From the NCBI RefSeq assembly GCF_030028105.1, contig NC_092372.1, forward strand, positions 173,172,058-173,236,057: a DNA stretch of 64,000 nt, read 5' to 3'. Position 1 is the stretch's first letter, and each line of letters starts with the position of its first letter. Positions 48,942 to 62,789 of this stretch are shown here, piece after piece. The notes under the pieces are model-generated. The model saw only the letters and a list, made by a program, of their open reading frames with translations, ran no database searches and had not been told where the DNA came from. The translations under genes and the position numbers were made by a program. This stretch comes from Mobula birostris (Eukaryota).

Positions 48942-49473
48942 CTGTAGAGCATTGGGCTTCTAGGTTTCTCAAGCATATGTATTTACTAATTGTTGTCCTA
49001 ACAAGAGTCGTTAAGCCCTTGTGCTTTCTGTTTGACCTTTGAGTGGCACGGGTTTTGCACTTTCTATATTTATTTAATGTGGAATCCTGTTAAGTTTTTT
49101 TTGCAGAGTCCCTGTGTTTAGAATGATGTTTTACATTGTCACTCACTCATGCCACCAGTGCTCTGTTGGTGTTCCGATGTATAAGCTCTTGTTTTCTGTC
49201 TCTACATGGGAGTCTGTCGTCCCTCCGCACCTAGGTTCAGTCACGGTCAGCGCTCACTGTGACAGAGTCTGTCATTCCTTCACACTTGGGTTCAGTTGTG
49301 GCCAGCATTCACTATGACAGTAAGGCCTTAAGACACAGGACTGAATTAGGCCATTCAGCCTATCGAGTTTGCTCTGCCATTCAATCATGGCCGATTTATT
49401 ACCCCGCTCAACTGCATTTGCCTGCCTTCTCCACATAACCTTTGACACCCTTACTAATCAAGAACCCATCAAC

Positions 49474-49542
49474 ACACATCAAAGTTGCTGGTGAATGCAG
49501 CAGGCCAGGCAGCATCTGTAGGAAGAGGTGCAGTTGACGTTT
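49474..49542 (-). mobile_element. Tiny PLE terminal fragment inside a CR1 tail
   Basis: acacatcaaagttgctggtga..gacgttt flanked by cccatcaac (49465-49473 and 49543-49551). Confidence 0.7.
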
Positions 49543-50429
49543 CCCATCAACCCATCCACTTTAAATGACTTGGCCTCCACAGCCATCTGTGGCAAAGAAT
49601 TCCAAATATTCGCTACCCTCTGGTGAAAGAAATTCCATACTAATTGTGTTGAATCAGACTCTGTCTCTTCAAATGTTGGTAGATCCTGTATCTCAGAATC
49701 TCCTCCAGCAATTTAGCCACTACTAATGTCAGACTCACTGGCCTGTAGTTTCCTGGCTTGTTTTTTTTTCCTACCCTTTTTTAAAAATCAACCACTTTCC
49801 AGTTGTCTAGAACTTGACCTGTGGCCAGACATAAAGCAAAAATCTCTGCAAGGATTTCCACAATTTCTTCTAGCTTCCCACAATGTCTGAGAATGCACCA
49901 GGACAGGCTCTGGGAATGTATCTAACTTAATGCACTTCAATGCCTTATCCCTGCTAATTATATGTGGTCACAGACAACAACACTCATATTTCTGTAATTC
50001 TCTCCAATAAAAACTGAATGGAAATATTCATTAAAAATCTTTCCTTTGGTTCCACAGTTTTGTCTCTCCTGTTTTTTCTAATCACACAGTTACATGCTAG
50101 ATTGTAGTGGTCCACTACCCTTGTACCTTGCTTAACATGTCAATCTTCACATGTAGGTGCAAGGAGCTCATAGTCTTTCTCCAGGTCCTTTCTTTAAAAG
50201 ATTGTGAAAATTGAAAGGCTATTCCACTCAGGTGGCATCACATCTGCCCTCACCAAATTTGCAACAATGAAATCTTTGTAGCATGTATTATGTGACAGAG
50301 GTGTTTCAGGCACTGTAATAATACAGATATTAATTGGGAATATGAACGCAGAATGAATTCCAGTCAAGTGACACCCCACTTAAACCTCTAACCCAGTATA
50401 TTCTTTTCCCCCTTCTTCCCTCTTGGGGA

Positions 50430-50750
50430 ACAATGCTCTTGAACAGAAAATCCTACAAAATGTAGTGGATATGGCCCAGTCGATCACTGGTAAAGCCCTC
50501 CCCACCATTGAGCACAACTACATGAAACACTGTTGCAGGAAAGCAGCATCTATCATAGGGACCACCCTCCCCCCCCCCCCGGCCCCCACCACCACCTAGG
50601 ACATGCTCTCTTCTCACTGCTGCCATCAGAAAGAAGGACTGGTGCCATCAGGTTCAGGAACAGTTACTACCCCTCAACCATTAGGCTCTTGAACCAAAGG
50701 GGGTAACTTCACCTCACTTTCACTTGCCCCAACATTGTAACGTTCCCACA
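50430..50750 (+). mobile_element. Rex1/Babar LINE 3' remnant
   Basis: LQNVVDMAQSITG..HALFSLLPS..FRNSYYP. Confidence 0.7.
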
Positions 50751-50759
50751 ACCAAAGGC

Positions 50760-51134
50760 AAGAGTAAATCAACAAGAGAATGGCATAAAAAGAAGAAAAT
50801 TCATGCTTTGAAATGGCCGAGTCGGTCTTGAGCTTCATCCTATAAAAATGTTGTGGAAAGACCTGAAGCAAACAGTTCATGCATGGAAGCCCACCAACAT
50901 CCCAGAGTTGAATCAGTTTTGTAAGGAGGAATGACCTAAAAATCCTCCAAGCCGATGTGCAGGACTGATCAACTGTTACCGGAAATGTTTAGTTGAAATT
51001 GTTGCTATACAAGGGAGGTCACACCAGTTACTGGAAGCAAAGGACTTGTATGAAGTTCTGATCACATTTTAGGTCCTACTTGTGCAGAAACAGAGAAAAT
51101 TCTACAGGGTTCACAAACTCTCTAGCACTTTTGT
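50760..51134 (+). mobile_element. Tc1 transposase C-terminal fragment and right TIR (second family)
   Basis: WPS..PIKMLWKDLKQTVHA..ELNQFCKEE..YRKCLVEIV; ends gggttcacaaactc..tgta. Confidence 0.75.
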
Positions 51135-53724
51135 ACACTACCAAAATTTGTATATTATTATCAGCTAGTTGAACTGCATTCTGGACAGTACCAGTCAAAA
51201 ATGGAACAAACCCTGTCAAACATTGGGAAGCTTTCATCCTGGTCTTTTTCTTCAAAATATAAATTCACACAATTAATATCAATCTACTCTACTATGGAAT
51301 TTGATATGATTAATCATTGAAAGGTACCTCTGCAGCGTGCATTTGCTGTGCTCATTACTCCCATGCTGAACAAAAGCCTATTAACTACTCCAGAAGGTTA
51401 AATAACATCTCTATTGCATCTTGCACCACGGTTATTTTACAATTCCTTTTTGTATGACTTATACATACATGCATTTTGTCAATCATCCTAATTCATTAGG
51501 ATTGTTTTTAAGTAGCCATAATAATAAAGAGGTCAAGGAGAGAGAAATGAGGCCAATTTAAAAGAATATGTCCTATTCACTGCAAATCAATTAGACAAGT
51601 CTGTCATTTATTGACAGGTCAGTAGAGGTTGTAATTCAAAACCCTTGGAAATTAAAAATAGTTTTTGTCTTCTTATGCCCTGGTAAAGATGTCACTTGTT
51701 ATATAAATTGTCCACGGATATCCCAGATTTGATCCACAGTCTGTGCTGAACCAGTTTATGTTAACTGGTGTCTGTGAGTGATTTCTGCAATTGCTCTCAC
51801 CATCTTCCATAAAGTCACACTTCAGCGTAGGCTGTAGTCAAAAAGCCCTAGCCTATCGAGTTGCCTCTTATAAACTCAAGCCCTTCAATCCCAGTAACAT
51901 CCCTGAGCATCTTTTCTGCACCCTTTCCAGTTAATGCAATCCTTCCTATAGCTGGGTATAGATCTGCACATGTATGATCTCAGCAATGTCTTGTATAGCT
52001 GTAATACACCACCCCATCTGCTGTACACAGTGCCCTGACCAATGAAGGCCAATGTGCCATTTGCCATCTTCACCACCGTCTACCCATCTCTGCTTTGAGG
52101 AAACATGCACTCGTACCTCTAGGTCCCTCTGTTCTACAGCACTCTCCATATTGATTTGTTCCTTTATGCAATGATTGTAACATTGTCGTGCTGCCCAGTC
52201 ACACAAAGCCTCATCTTCCAGTGACTTTATTTGAGGCTGATTTGTCTTGTACCATTTTAATCCCAGTCTGTTAATGAGTGCCTTCCACTGGGGACACAGG
52301 CTGAGGATGAGCTCAACTGTGAGGACTCCTTGTACGCAAACATCATTCACACTGACAGCTGGGGGGAGCTGGGGAGCGTGGTGCTCAGGGACTTGTGGAA
52401 AAAAAATTTTTGAAACATTCCGTTTGTTCAGTTTACATTTTCTCAGAGTTAAAGTGATTGAAATTACTTGTATAATAATACAGCTGCATCAAACTAAAAA
52501 GGTCATATAAAGAGCCCAAAGCATTCTAAGATTTATTACAATGTCCACAAAATGTAATAATTGGCCCATATTGTGTCTCAAGACACAGCAATTAGTTTGC
52601 TACCTCAAAGCTCGTGTAATACTAACCTTTGGCGCAGTCTGTGTAAAGTTTGCAAGTTCTCTTTGTGACCTTCTAAGTTTTCCCACTGTACTGTGCTTTC
52701 CTCTCACATCCCAAAGTCATGTTGGTTGTTTAGATAGCTACCATAAGTGATCTCCAGTGTTGGTTACAGCACAAAGCATCAATGATAGGAACGGCAGAGG
52801 GTATGGGGATTGTTGTGCTGGGAGCCAATATGGGCTGTTGGGCTGAGTGGCTTCCCAATCAGATATAAGGATAAGGGCTCAGCTAATTACTGCCTGATAG
52901 GTTAGACTTAAAGTTTTTTTGGGGGGGGAATGCAGAAGTACAAATAAAAGGTGAAACATTCCCTTTATCCTATGCCATGAGTAGAAGGAAAAGTGGAAAT
53001 TACAGTCATCTTCAGATATGCAGAACTAGAAGAGGCAAATGAAGTGCAAATATTACATCAGGTTAAAGTGAAAGTGACAAGCGATCATTTCTGGTACAAC
53101 AATCCAAAACAACACAAGTTAGCATTCAGCAGAATAAAGAGTAATAAGTAACAGCTGGCATGTATATTTGGCTGATGACCAAGTTACGGAATGAAGTGGC
53201 ATAAAGTTAATGGGATAATATTAATGCAGTTGGTTTGTAAATGAAGTTCAAAAAGTGTTCAACAAAGTCCACATAGTAGATACGTTAGTATTTTGAAATC
53301 CATGACTCAAAAGGAATAGAGCAGTGTGGATACAAGATCAATCAGAGAACATAAATTTAGTGTATTATGTGTGAACTCTCAGACCGAATGGGGGTACAGT
53401 ATACATGATGTTTTCAAGGGATTGTGTGCAGGGCCATTATTCTCATTGAAGACCAAGGCATTGCAAAACAGGAACTTTTTTCAGAGAGAGTACGTGACCT
53501 GTAATCTCGCCTACCAGTAAGAGAGAGTTGAGGAAGGATTGAGATGTACTTGAAAGTGTGAGGCATTTTAGTAGGAAGAATGAGATTTGGCATATAGTCT
53601 GACAAAAAACTAAGATACTGCAGGTATGAATTCAAATTTTCAAATGCAGCAGAAAAAAAAAGTGAGGCATCCTTTAAAAAGCATGTGCAACCCTTAGCAA
53701 TATTTTAATAGTTTTGGTATAAAT

Positions 53725-53900
53725 GCTATCACTATTTAAAGATGTCACAAAATGCTTTACAATTAATGCAATGCTTCCTTGAAATGTAGTAACTGACTAC
53801 CCTGTAGTATCACGTGGGAAACACACATCCAATTTGCAGATAGGAAAGCCAGTAATGTGATAATAAGCAGAAAGTATGCAATCCTGGCTTATTTCAGATT
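53725..53900 (-). mobile_element. DeuSINE remnant
   Basis: aaaatgctttaca..tgaaatgtagtaactg..ggaaacac..ccaatttgca..aatgtgataat resembles the Deu domain as recalled from AmnSINE1/SacSINE1. Confidence 0.5.
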
Positions 53901-54299
53901 TCTAGCATTCACTTTACTTTCCATTGCTAATTTTGGAGTTATTCTGCACTTCCTGACTAATCCCTTGTACCTTCACATGTTCCACCCCCACATTCTCTTA
54001 TCACCATTGTGTCATTTAATGTCACCTGCCTTCCAATCTGTCACAGACATTCACTTTTGCTCTTCTCTCTCCTCACCAGTCTCCTGCATCTTAAAACTTG
54101 TTTTATCTCTCTCTTTCCCCCGTCTGACCAAGCATCATCAGCCAAAAGCATTAACTGTTTCCTTCTCCTCGGATGCTGTTGGACCTGCATTTGTTTCTCA
54201 AGTTATCGAGCCTTGGAGAGATACAGCATGGAGGCTCATTTTATTACCAAATTATGTATGCAGAGTAGAACTCTGTAATTTTTCTTACAGATAGCCATA

Positions 54300-54540
54300 G
54301 TCAGCTATCCTTTCATACTAATCCTACTTTAACCTCATTCACTATTCTTCCCACGTTATTATCAACTTCCCAAAGATTCTTCCACTGTTGGGACAATGGG
54401 TAATTAATGAACCAGCCTGTAGGTGGGATGTGTGAAGCAACTGGAGCACCCAGTCAAAACCCATGTGGTCACAGGGAGAAAATGCGAACTCCACACAGAC
54501 AGAACCGGAGGTCAGCAGCAAACACTGGACCAGGTGACCC
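54300..54540 (-). mobile_element. V-SINE (HE1-like)
   Basis: Minus strand TCTGTGTGGAGTTCGCATTTTCTCCCTGTGACC V-domain. Similar copies at about 43050-43280, 52590-52860, 55905-56165 and 61770-62100. Confidence 0.65.
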
Positions 54541-54689
54541 ACTGTTAATAATGGCTTTTAGATTGAGAGATAAGTATCGCACAGGTTATTAAAGAGAACT
54601 TTCTTAAGAACTACAGGAAGTGGTTAAAGCAGATGTTACTGATGTATTGAAAGAGGGGCTGGATAAGGTAATGGAGAATTTTTTTTAAA

Positions 54690-54850
54690 AAGGAGGAAAT
54701 CTGCAGATGCTGGAAATCAAATACATACAAAATGCTGGAGGAACACAGCAGGCCAGGTAGTATCTATGGAAAAAAGTAAACAGTTGATGTTTCAAGCCAA
54801 AACTCTTCATCAGTACTGGAAAAAGATGAGAAGTCAAAAGATGAAGAGGA
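54690..54850 (-). mobile_element. PLE terminal fragment with hammerhead core (54782-54817)
   Basis: Minus strand agtaCTGATGAagagttttggcttGAAAcaTCaact; core retained, stems decayed. Confidence 0.65.
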
Positions 54851-55388
54851 GAATAAATACAGGGTTCAGTAATGGATGGGGAAAGACTGGTGTGTAGGCT
54901 CTATGGTTGAGCCAAATAGCCTCTTTCTGTGTCCTACATCCAGTGCACTCCCATCTAACATTAGTGGCATCTTTTCCATTCACTTAAGAGGCAGGGTTTA
55001 ACATTTCATTCAAGATATGGCACAAAGCAGTTACTGCTGAACCTTTAGTGGTTAAACATCAAAAGAATGTGTTCTTTTTTGGAAATCTATCTTTAGGAAA
55101 CATGACAAATACAGAAAATAATAGAATTGTATAGGAATGAGTTCTGGTGAGTTTGTAAAATTAGATGTTGCTCTCCTTAAAGAAGTTTGAGGTTATACTT
55201 GATTTAACGTGTCCAAATCAAGAATTTGTTTTGATAAAATAAATAAAAAAGCAACTTAAGGAATTAATCTGAGGTTGCTGTGAGTATAAGTGTGAAAGTA
55301 CTGGTGACTGATTGTACTTCCTGCTGTGCATCTAGTCCCATCCTTTGAGATACAGTTGCATATATAGTATTGGACTAGTGACCCAGAC

Positions 55389-55560
55389 GCCAGCCAGTGG
55401 TGTCTTGGCATTAGCACTGGACTGAGAGGAGGGTGGTCCTGGGTTCGAATCTGGTTTCCATCCACGCTGGGTTGAGTGTCGAATTAGCAACTCGGCCTCA
55501 TTTTTTAAAAAATGCTTAAGAAATGGCCAAGATGCCGAGAGGTATAACAGCATCTAGTGA
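55389..55560 (+). mobile_element. tRNA-derived SINE
   Basis: A box tggtgtcttgg and B box gggttcgaatc, related to the head of the SINE at 42431-42679. Confidence 0.55.
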
Positions 55561-55904
55561 TCCAGAGGTTTGCATGATGTCCCATAGGCACAGGTTTGAA
55601 AGTGGCACCAAGGCCACGGATGAACTCAAATTCAATTTCCCCTATAAATCTGGAGTAAAAAGATAGTGTTGACGTGGTCTTTAAGTGGTTCTGGGTTCAC
55701 AGCAACATGTTGAAATCCCAAACAAACTATCGACTGCAAAGGCAATTGGGATATGACAAGTAATTTATTAGCAAATCCTTCACTGCGTACATGTACAAAA
55801 CATTACAGTAGGCATCTATAGTAGATTTCAGATGTGCCAAAAGAACAAAATGTGATATGAGTAAGCTGTTTGTATGTAGTAAACATTCCTGGAAAAAAAA
55901 TTAG

Positions 55905-56165
55905 TTTTATTTAGAGATACAGTGTGGAATAAGCCCTTCCAGCCATACTCCTCTGCAACCCCCAATTTAAACCTAGCCTAAAAATGGGACCATTTTCAAT
56001 GACCAATTAACCTACGACCTGGTATATCTTTGGACTGTGGGAGGAAACCAGAGCACCCAGAGAAAATCCACGCATTCCACAGGGAGGACGTACAGAATCC
56101 TTACAGATAATGTCGGAATTGAACTCTGAGCTCCACCCCAAGCTGTCATCGCATTGCACTAAACG
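55905..56165 (-). mobile_element. V-SINE (HE1-like)
   Basis: tctttggactgtgggaggaaaccagagcaccc..gggaggacgtacagaatccttacag. Confidence 0.65.
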
Positions 56166-57868
56166 CCAGATTCAATAACGATGTTCAAAAGAGACCATTT
56201 TAAAGGATTATGAAAATAGGACTGTGGTGCTGGGGGGGGGGGGTGCAAAATTACCTTCTTCTGTGTTTCCATTCATAGAATATTTCATTTTCTCACATAG
56301 AATGGAATTACTTCACTTCATGAATGGGACAGGGTAGTTCAAATGGACTGAAGATAAATTATGGAAAACATATCCACAAAAGCAGCCTGTATTCAAGATT
56401 AAATGAGGCAGTCAGGTTAAAATGAATGAAGATATGTGGAATCATTTTCTCCCCCGATGAAAATCAATTCTGCTCCTCTTGTCCCAGTTCATGTTCCAAC
56501 TTCAGTGTATTTCCATTTTTAAATGAAAAATGAAATGCCTACTTAATCCATTTCCTCAATTGATTCCTTATTAAGTTAGTGGAAACAATACCTGCATATA
56601 TTACAAGTCATATTACTTTAGATGGGAGAAAATGGAATAGTATTCAAAAAAGTTCTTCCATGTCATCACACGTATCATATTGTTACAAAGAGCTCTACAT
56701 GGTTTGAGAGGCCTTGAAAATTTCTTCTTGCTGTGAATTCCATGTTTTCCAAAATAAATCAGCATAATTGAACTTTATTTTGAGATATTAGTTTACAATG
56801 ATCATATCTAGGTGCAATGTTGTACAATGACATTGTCTTTCCCAGCAGTGTTAAAAAGTTAAGAAATTACATTAGTAAAACATCTTAATTCATAATTTAA
56901 ATTTTTTATGTTTATTTTTAGTTCATTTTTAGCAGTATCACAAATTCATTGCACACCTTACTTATTTGGCAGTGTTTTAAAATTCACTTTCTCCAGCAAT
57001 AGTCTTTGCTCTCAGTTGGAGACATTTGTCAGTCCTCTAGAGCTGTGCTTTTACGTAAGCGTAACTGGATTTTGATTATCACAATTCTCAAATATGTTAT
57101 AGAAAAATCTTGTTTGATGAATGAAAAGGTGTTTGAAGCCTAAATAAAATTGTTCTAGAAGTATAAACATAAGCCTCATGCACAAAGAAGTCACCAATTT
57201 ATGCTTTATATTTATTGCTGCACAGATGCTGGTTGTTTCCAGCATTTTCTGTTGCTATTTTAGATTTGTAGCATCTTGGCTGAGAATAGAATGGCTTGTT
57301 TTTGACATTAAAAACTTTCCCTTCCCCCCCACTATCGAAGGCTCAAGAGAAGTGCTCCATTTAATCAGTTCAGTTTTCATATGCTTGGTCAGAGACCTGG
57401 TACCTATATTTACTACCGTTCCCACATACAGCCTTTCTGAAAGAAATTGATGTATGAGACCGAAAGCATGGTTCCTAATTTCATTCCCATTATTACCCTT
57501 GGAATGCCGAAGGAAAGTGATGTTATTCTGATGCACTGCCATGCTCAAAGAGTAGGGAACTGTCATTTGTGATGTTAATTTAACTGAAGAATGTGGGCTC
57601 TTAGTCTAAAAAAATTAGCAGCATAATATCTTTGCACTCAGTAATCAATTAAACCAACACAGGTACCACTTGTATGCAATTTTGTTTCCTAAATATAGAA
57701 TTAGGGTTTTCTGAACAAGACACTGTCCTTCCCTTTCATTATACTTGTGTGTTTAAGTCCTGATTTAATGGGCAGGGTAAACGGAGTTCAGCTAGACTTT
57801 CAGTATCGACAATCTAATGAGTCTACATGAGATCTGATCTATGGGTTCCACAAACAAAAACCTGTACT

Positions 57869-60013
57869 TGCCCTTTGTTATTTAGTTTGGCTTTAGAACC
57901 CCTTGCTATTGCTCTTAGAGATTCTAATACTGTCCAGGGTATTAAGAGAGGGGACAAAATACACAATGTTTCGTTAAATGCAGGTGACCTGTTAATTTAT
58001 ATTTCAGATCCTAGGAAATCTATTCCTTCTATGTTATCTATATTTTCTGAACTTAGTAGTTTTTCTGGGTATAAATTAAATTTACATAAGTGAGTTATTT
58101 CCTATTAATAATTACTTGGATCCAAATTATCAAGTACCTTTTAGTATTGCTAAAAATTACTTTACCTGTCTCGGTATTAAAATTACTAAAAATTTTAACG
58201 ACCTCGATAAATATAGTTTTTTTCTATTAATTGAATACACCAAACACTTTCTAAATGGTCGCCTATGACAGTATCATTAATAGGCTAATTAATGCAATTA
58301 AAATGATAGTTTTACCAAAATTCTTATATTTCAGGCAGTTCCTTCCTTTGTTCCTAAAACATTCTTTGACAGAATAGATTCTATAATCTTATCTTATATT
58401 TAGAACAATAAAAATTCTAGATTGAGTAAACCCTTGTTGCAGAAATTAGAAAAGGATAGTGGTATGGCTTTGCCAAATTTTAGAGTGTATTACTGGGCAA
58501 TTAATATTCAATATATTACTTTTTGGATTCACTCTTCAGATATACATGAATGTATTTCATGGTTGGATTTGGAGGAAAACTCAGTGAAGGGGTTCTCTTT
58601 GGCCTCTTTACTGGGAGCTCCTCTTTCCTTTTTGTTTTCTAAGATTAGTAGACAAGATTTTAATCCCATTATTAAACATACATTAAGAATTTGGTTTCAG
58701 TTTCATAGATTTTTTGAGTTAAATATTTTTATTCTTTCTAGCAATATCCATCTTAATTATTTTTTAAACCATCAATTTTGGATAATGCCTTTTTAGTTTG
58801 GAAAACCAAAGGAATAATAACTTTTTCAGATTTGTTTTTAGGGGATTGTTTAATGTCTTTTTCTCAGTTACTGGATAAGAATGATTTATCTAATGTACAC
58901 TTTTTTAGATATTTAAAAATTAGCAATTTTTAAATGTGGTTTGTTGCCAAATTACCCTTCTGTTTATCCACCTAATTTGATAGATGCTCTCTTTCAGTTT
59001 AAACCATTTCAAAAAGGGTTGATAGCTATAATCTATAAACGGTTATTGAATTCATGAATGATATCTAATGATAAAATTAAACGTGCTTAGGAATTGGAAT
59101 TTCAAGAGTCACTTTCAGATAATCAATGGAGTAATATTTTTCATTTGGTTAATAACTCATCTATTTGTGCCCGTCTTTCCCTGATACAGTTCAAGGTAGT
59201 GCATCCGGCCCATATGTCAAAGGATAAACAAGTGCGTATTTTTTCCAATATTGATCCTATTTGTGACAGATGTAATATTGAGATGGCCACTTTAACTCAT
59301 ATGCTTTGATCTTGTATAAAGCTAGATAATTTTGGAGAGGTGTTTTTAAAATGCTATCAAAAGTCTTGGATTTGGATTTACAACCTAATTTACTTACGGC
59401 AATTTTTGGGATTATCCCATCGGAAGCAGGAAATAATCCTGTTTCCGCTCAACGTATGATAGCCTTTTCGACTTTATTGGCTAGGAGGAGCCATTTTATT
59501 GAAGTGGAAGGATTCGAATCCACCTACTGTCTTTTATTGGCTTTCCTCCATTATGTCCTGTTTAAGTTTAGAGAAAATGAGTCGGACATTTGATATATCC
59601 TCTAAATGTGAGCAAATATGGCGACCTTTTATTTTATATTTTCATTTGATTTATTACTATTCCAATTACTTTATTTTTTTCTGAAGTTTTAGATTTGATC
59701 AGAAAGTCTTTCCTTTTTTTCTTGGTTGTATTCTCTGAATGGACTGCCCAGTCCCATTTTTTTTCTTTTCTTTAGTTCAGTGGGGTTTTTTCCCCTTCAT
59801 TTTAAATTTAAAGTTTATTTTCCTCTCTATGAATTTATAAGAGAACTAGTTGTCCTTTTTTTATTATATATTGCATATTTGCTTATTGCTATGTATGATT
59901 ATGATATTATCTATTTCATCTTTTGTCTACATTGTTGTTGATATATATATTTGAGATAATTCTCCCCTTGTCTGTATTATGTTTTCTCCAAATCAATAAA
60001 AAGATTATTAAAG
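57869..60013 (+). mobile_element. 5'-truncated L1 LINE (ORF2 RT to CCHC, 3' UTR, A-rich tail)
   Basis: PLLFSLALEPLA, SLNAGDLL (decayed YADD), FSGYKLN, GMALPNFRVYYWA, CDRC..THMLxSC; aataaa; 13-bp TSD aaaaacctgtact at 57856-57868 and 60014-60026. Confidence 0.93.
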
Positions 60014-62789
60014 AAAAACCTGTACTGTAAACCTGACAAGTCATGCAAATGTGAGAATAACTAAATCCTCCCACATCTCAGGGTTCATCTTTCAAATCTA
60101 CCACCTTCATTAACTTTAAAGCATCTTCAAATTTAATCTCGTTAGCAACTGGTCAGACAGAAGGGGAAAAAAAACAGCTTTTAGGTTTGATGTTGAATTG
60201 CAATTCAAGCCAGGTTGGCAATGTGGCCTTTAACAAGTTCTCAGTGGTCTGGTGATGTTGCCAGTGATCTGTCTGAAAGTATATGTTACAATCATAGTTT
60301 ATAGCCATGACCATGTTTATTTACAATACTCCTGCAGTGAAGACTATTTTAATAATAGCCTCATACATAAGGCAGGCAAAGGATCTTTAAAGTTCATTTG
60401 CATTTGAACTCACAAAAAAGTATACTTCCTGCAGAGATTTGAATGTGTTTGGTTTTAAAAAAAGTGTTTTGTTTTTGCTTCTCTAAACTTATACAAATTA
60501 TTTTCTCTTAAAAAAAAATCAACTAGTTCTTTTCCTGAGAGGATTTCAGCCCTTGGAGCAGCCAGATAGGGCCAGCCATCCCTGCCCCCAGGAATCTTCA
60601 GTCTGTGTCCTGGTGCAGCAAGCCACTAACAATGCCGCATTTCTTTTCAGAGAATGAGGCCACTTCCCTGAAGACAGGTAACTATTACAGCATGCATTAA
60701 AATTATTGTCCCAGTAGCAATGGTTTTCAAATCAAAACTAGTAAAATGAGTGTTCCTCCAAGTCATACCCAGCACCTCACAAGGCAGCTGTGTAAGATAC
60801 TCTCACCAACTTTTTCTGACCACAAGTTCTAGCAGCCAAAACTCTTATCGCTATTTCTTCTACCGTACCAAATTTGTCTTCATGCTATTAAATGTTTCTC
60901 ACTGTGACTGTAATTAGCATGTCTGTACTCATTTTATCTAGTCACTTATAGATTCTAAAACCTGCCTTTGACCTAGTTCAACAATTTGCTGCGTTATCAG
61001 CATTTTTTAATTTTACATCATGTCTGCTCAGCTTTTTCATTCTATTGTGTGCCGTGAAAACTGACCAGTACATTTTCCAAATTCCATTGCTCCAACAGAC
61101 TGTTACAGATCTGCATCAACTCAAAGCCACTGTGATTTGGTGTTCCTATGCAAACAAGACTCCTGTTAGTTTAATGTGAAGCACCAGACTGCCATCTCAA
61201 ATTAACTGCATTAAGGTGACTGGAAATGTAAGATTCCATAGCAGGGGGCATTTTCATGTCCAGGGAAGCCACCACCTACCTCATAAGGCAAGTTATTTTT
61301 TTAAAAAACACTTCCTCACATAAAGTGGCGAATATCTGGGAAGTGGTGGAGGCAGGTACAATTACAATTACTTGGATAAGAAGGGCCTAGAGGGATAAAG
61401 GCATAATATGGGCAAACGGAATTAGCAAACATAACCATCAAGGCATGGTTCTGGTGGGCTGAGAGGGCCCATTTCTGTGTTCTGCTTTTATATGATACTA
61501 TGATTTGGCCTCTTCTGACTCAGATCGATCTCTCTTTCCCACTCTCGTCCCTTGATAGGAAATCCATTGTGGCTTCCAGTCCAAGCCACAAGAGAAACAT
61601 GAAGTCATGCCTTGGTTTGATCAGTTGGTACCAAACATCAGAAGAAAGGCCCACCAACCTTGGGCGGGCCTTGCGTCACATGCTGCAAGGTAAAACCAGG
61701 AAAGGTAATGTAGCTGCTTTTACCTGCATCTGTCTTAAGGCTTTAAAAAGAGTAAAGTATCAGTCAGGACAGCACCATGGCACAGCTTCAGCTACTGTAC
61801 CTGGATTTGGTCCAGTACTATCTGTGTGGAATTTGCATATTCTCTATGGGTTTCTGCTTGCTGCTCCAGTTTCCTCCAACACCCCAGAAATATTCTGATT
61901 GATAGGATAATAGGTCACTGCAAACTGTCTTTAGTGGACAAGAGCTATACGGCAGGAGAAACAGAAGTTGGGGTGGTACGTATAAGAATTGGCGCATGTG
62001 AGAATATAGGCTGCAAAGAAATAAGTGAGGGAGTGGGATTACTCTGAGCCATAATGGACACAATGGGCCAAACGGCCAGCTATGCTTTAAGAGAATATGT
62101 TATGCATATGCTTGAGCTACAAATTCAGTGGATGCTGCATAGTGGGGGCAGGGAGGGAGAATGGCACTATTTTGCAAATCGGAATCTTGGAAGAATGATT
62201 TTTTCCTTTGCTTCAGGGCAGCATTTTTTTTTGTGTCCATTTTGACGCTGCAGTTTTTCAAATGGAAATGGTAGCTTCTGAGCAGGTCAGAGGTGAGAGA
62301 GGCCACAGATGAGAGAGAAGGGAAAAGGAAATCGAGAGTCAGAGAGCCTTGGGACAGAAAATTCACTTGGGAGAGGGGTATGCTGTGGAGAAAGGAAATC
62401 AGCAGACTGGCTGGTGAGAAACTAAAGTGGTGAAATGTCAGCTAGCTGTTTATAATTTTTACATTATAGATATTGCACAAAAGGATACTTGTTTTAACTG
62501 CTCAAATCTTTGAAGTATTGCTTGAAGCCTCGGTCTTTTGGATCAGAGGTAAGAGAATTATCATTAGGAACTGATACTTTGAAGATTATATGACGCATCA
62601 AAATATAAAGTAACAAAACTGTCCCCATCTGAGAGGGTCTATTTGTATCTCACCAGGGAAAGTGATTTAGCTGCTGGTTCAAACCGACAGTAAGTCAGGT
62701 GTGCAATTAACTATAGTTAACATCAATATGCTTTTAATTACACAACTCTTAAAATTATGGATTTTCACATTATATATTAAAAATAACTA

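Noticed and set aside
57255-57566. 103-aa minus-strand ORF in apparently unique sequence
   Set aside because: No recognisable domain or convincing splice signals; length is compatible with chance.
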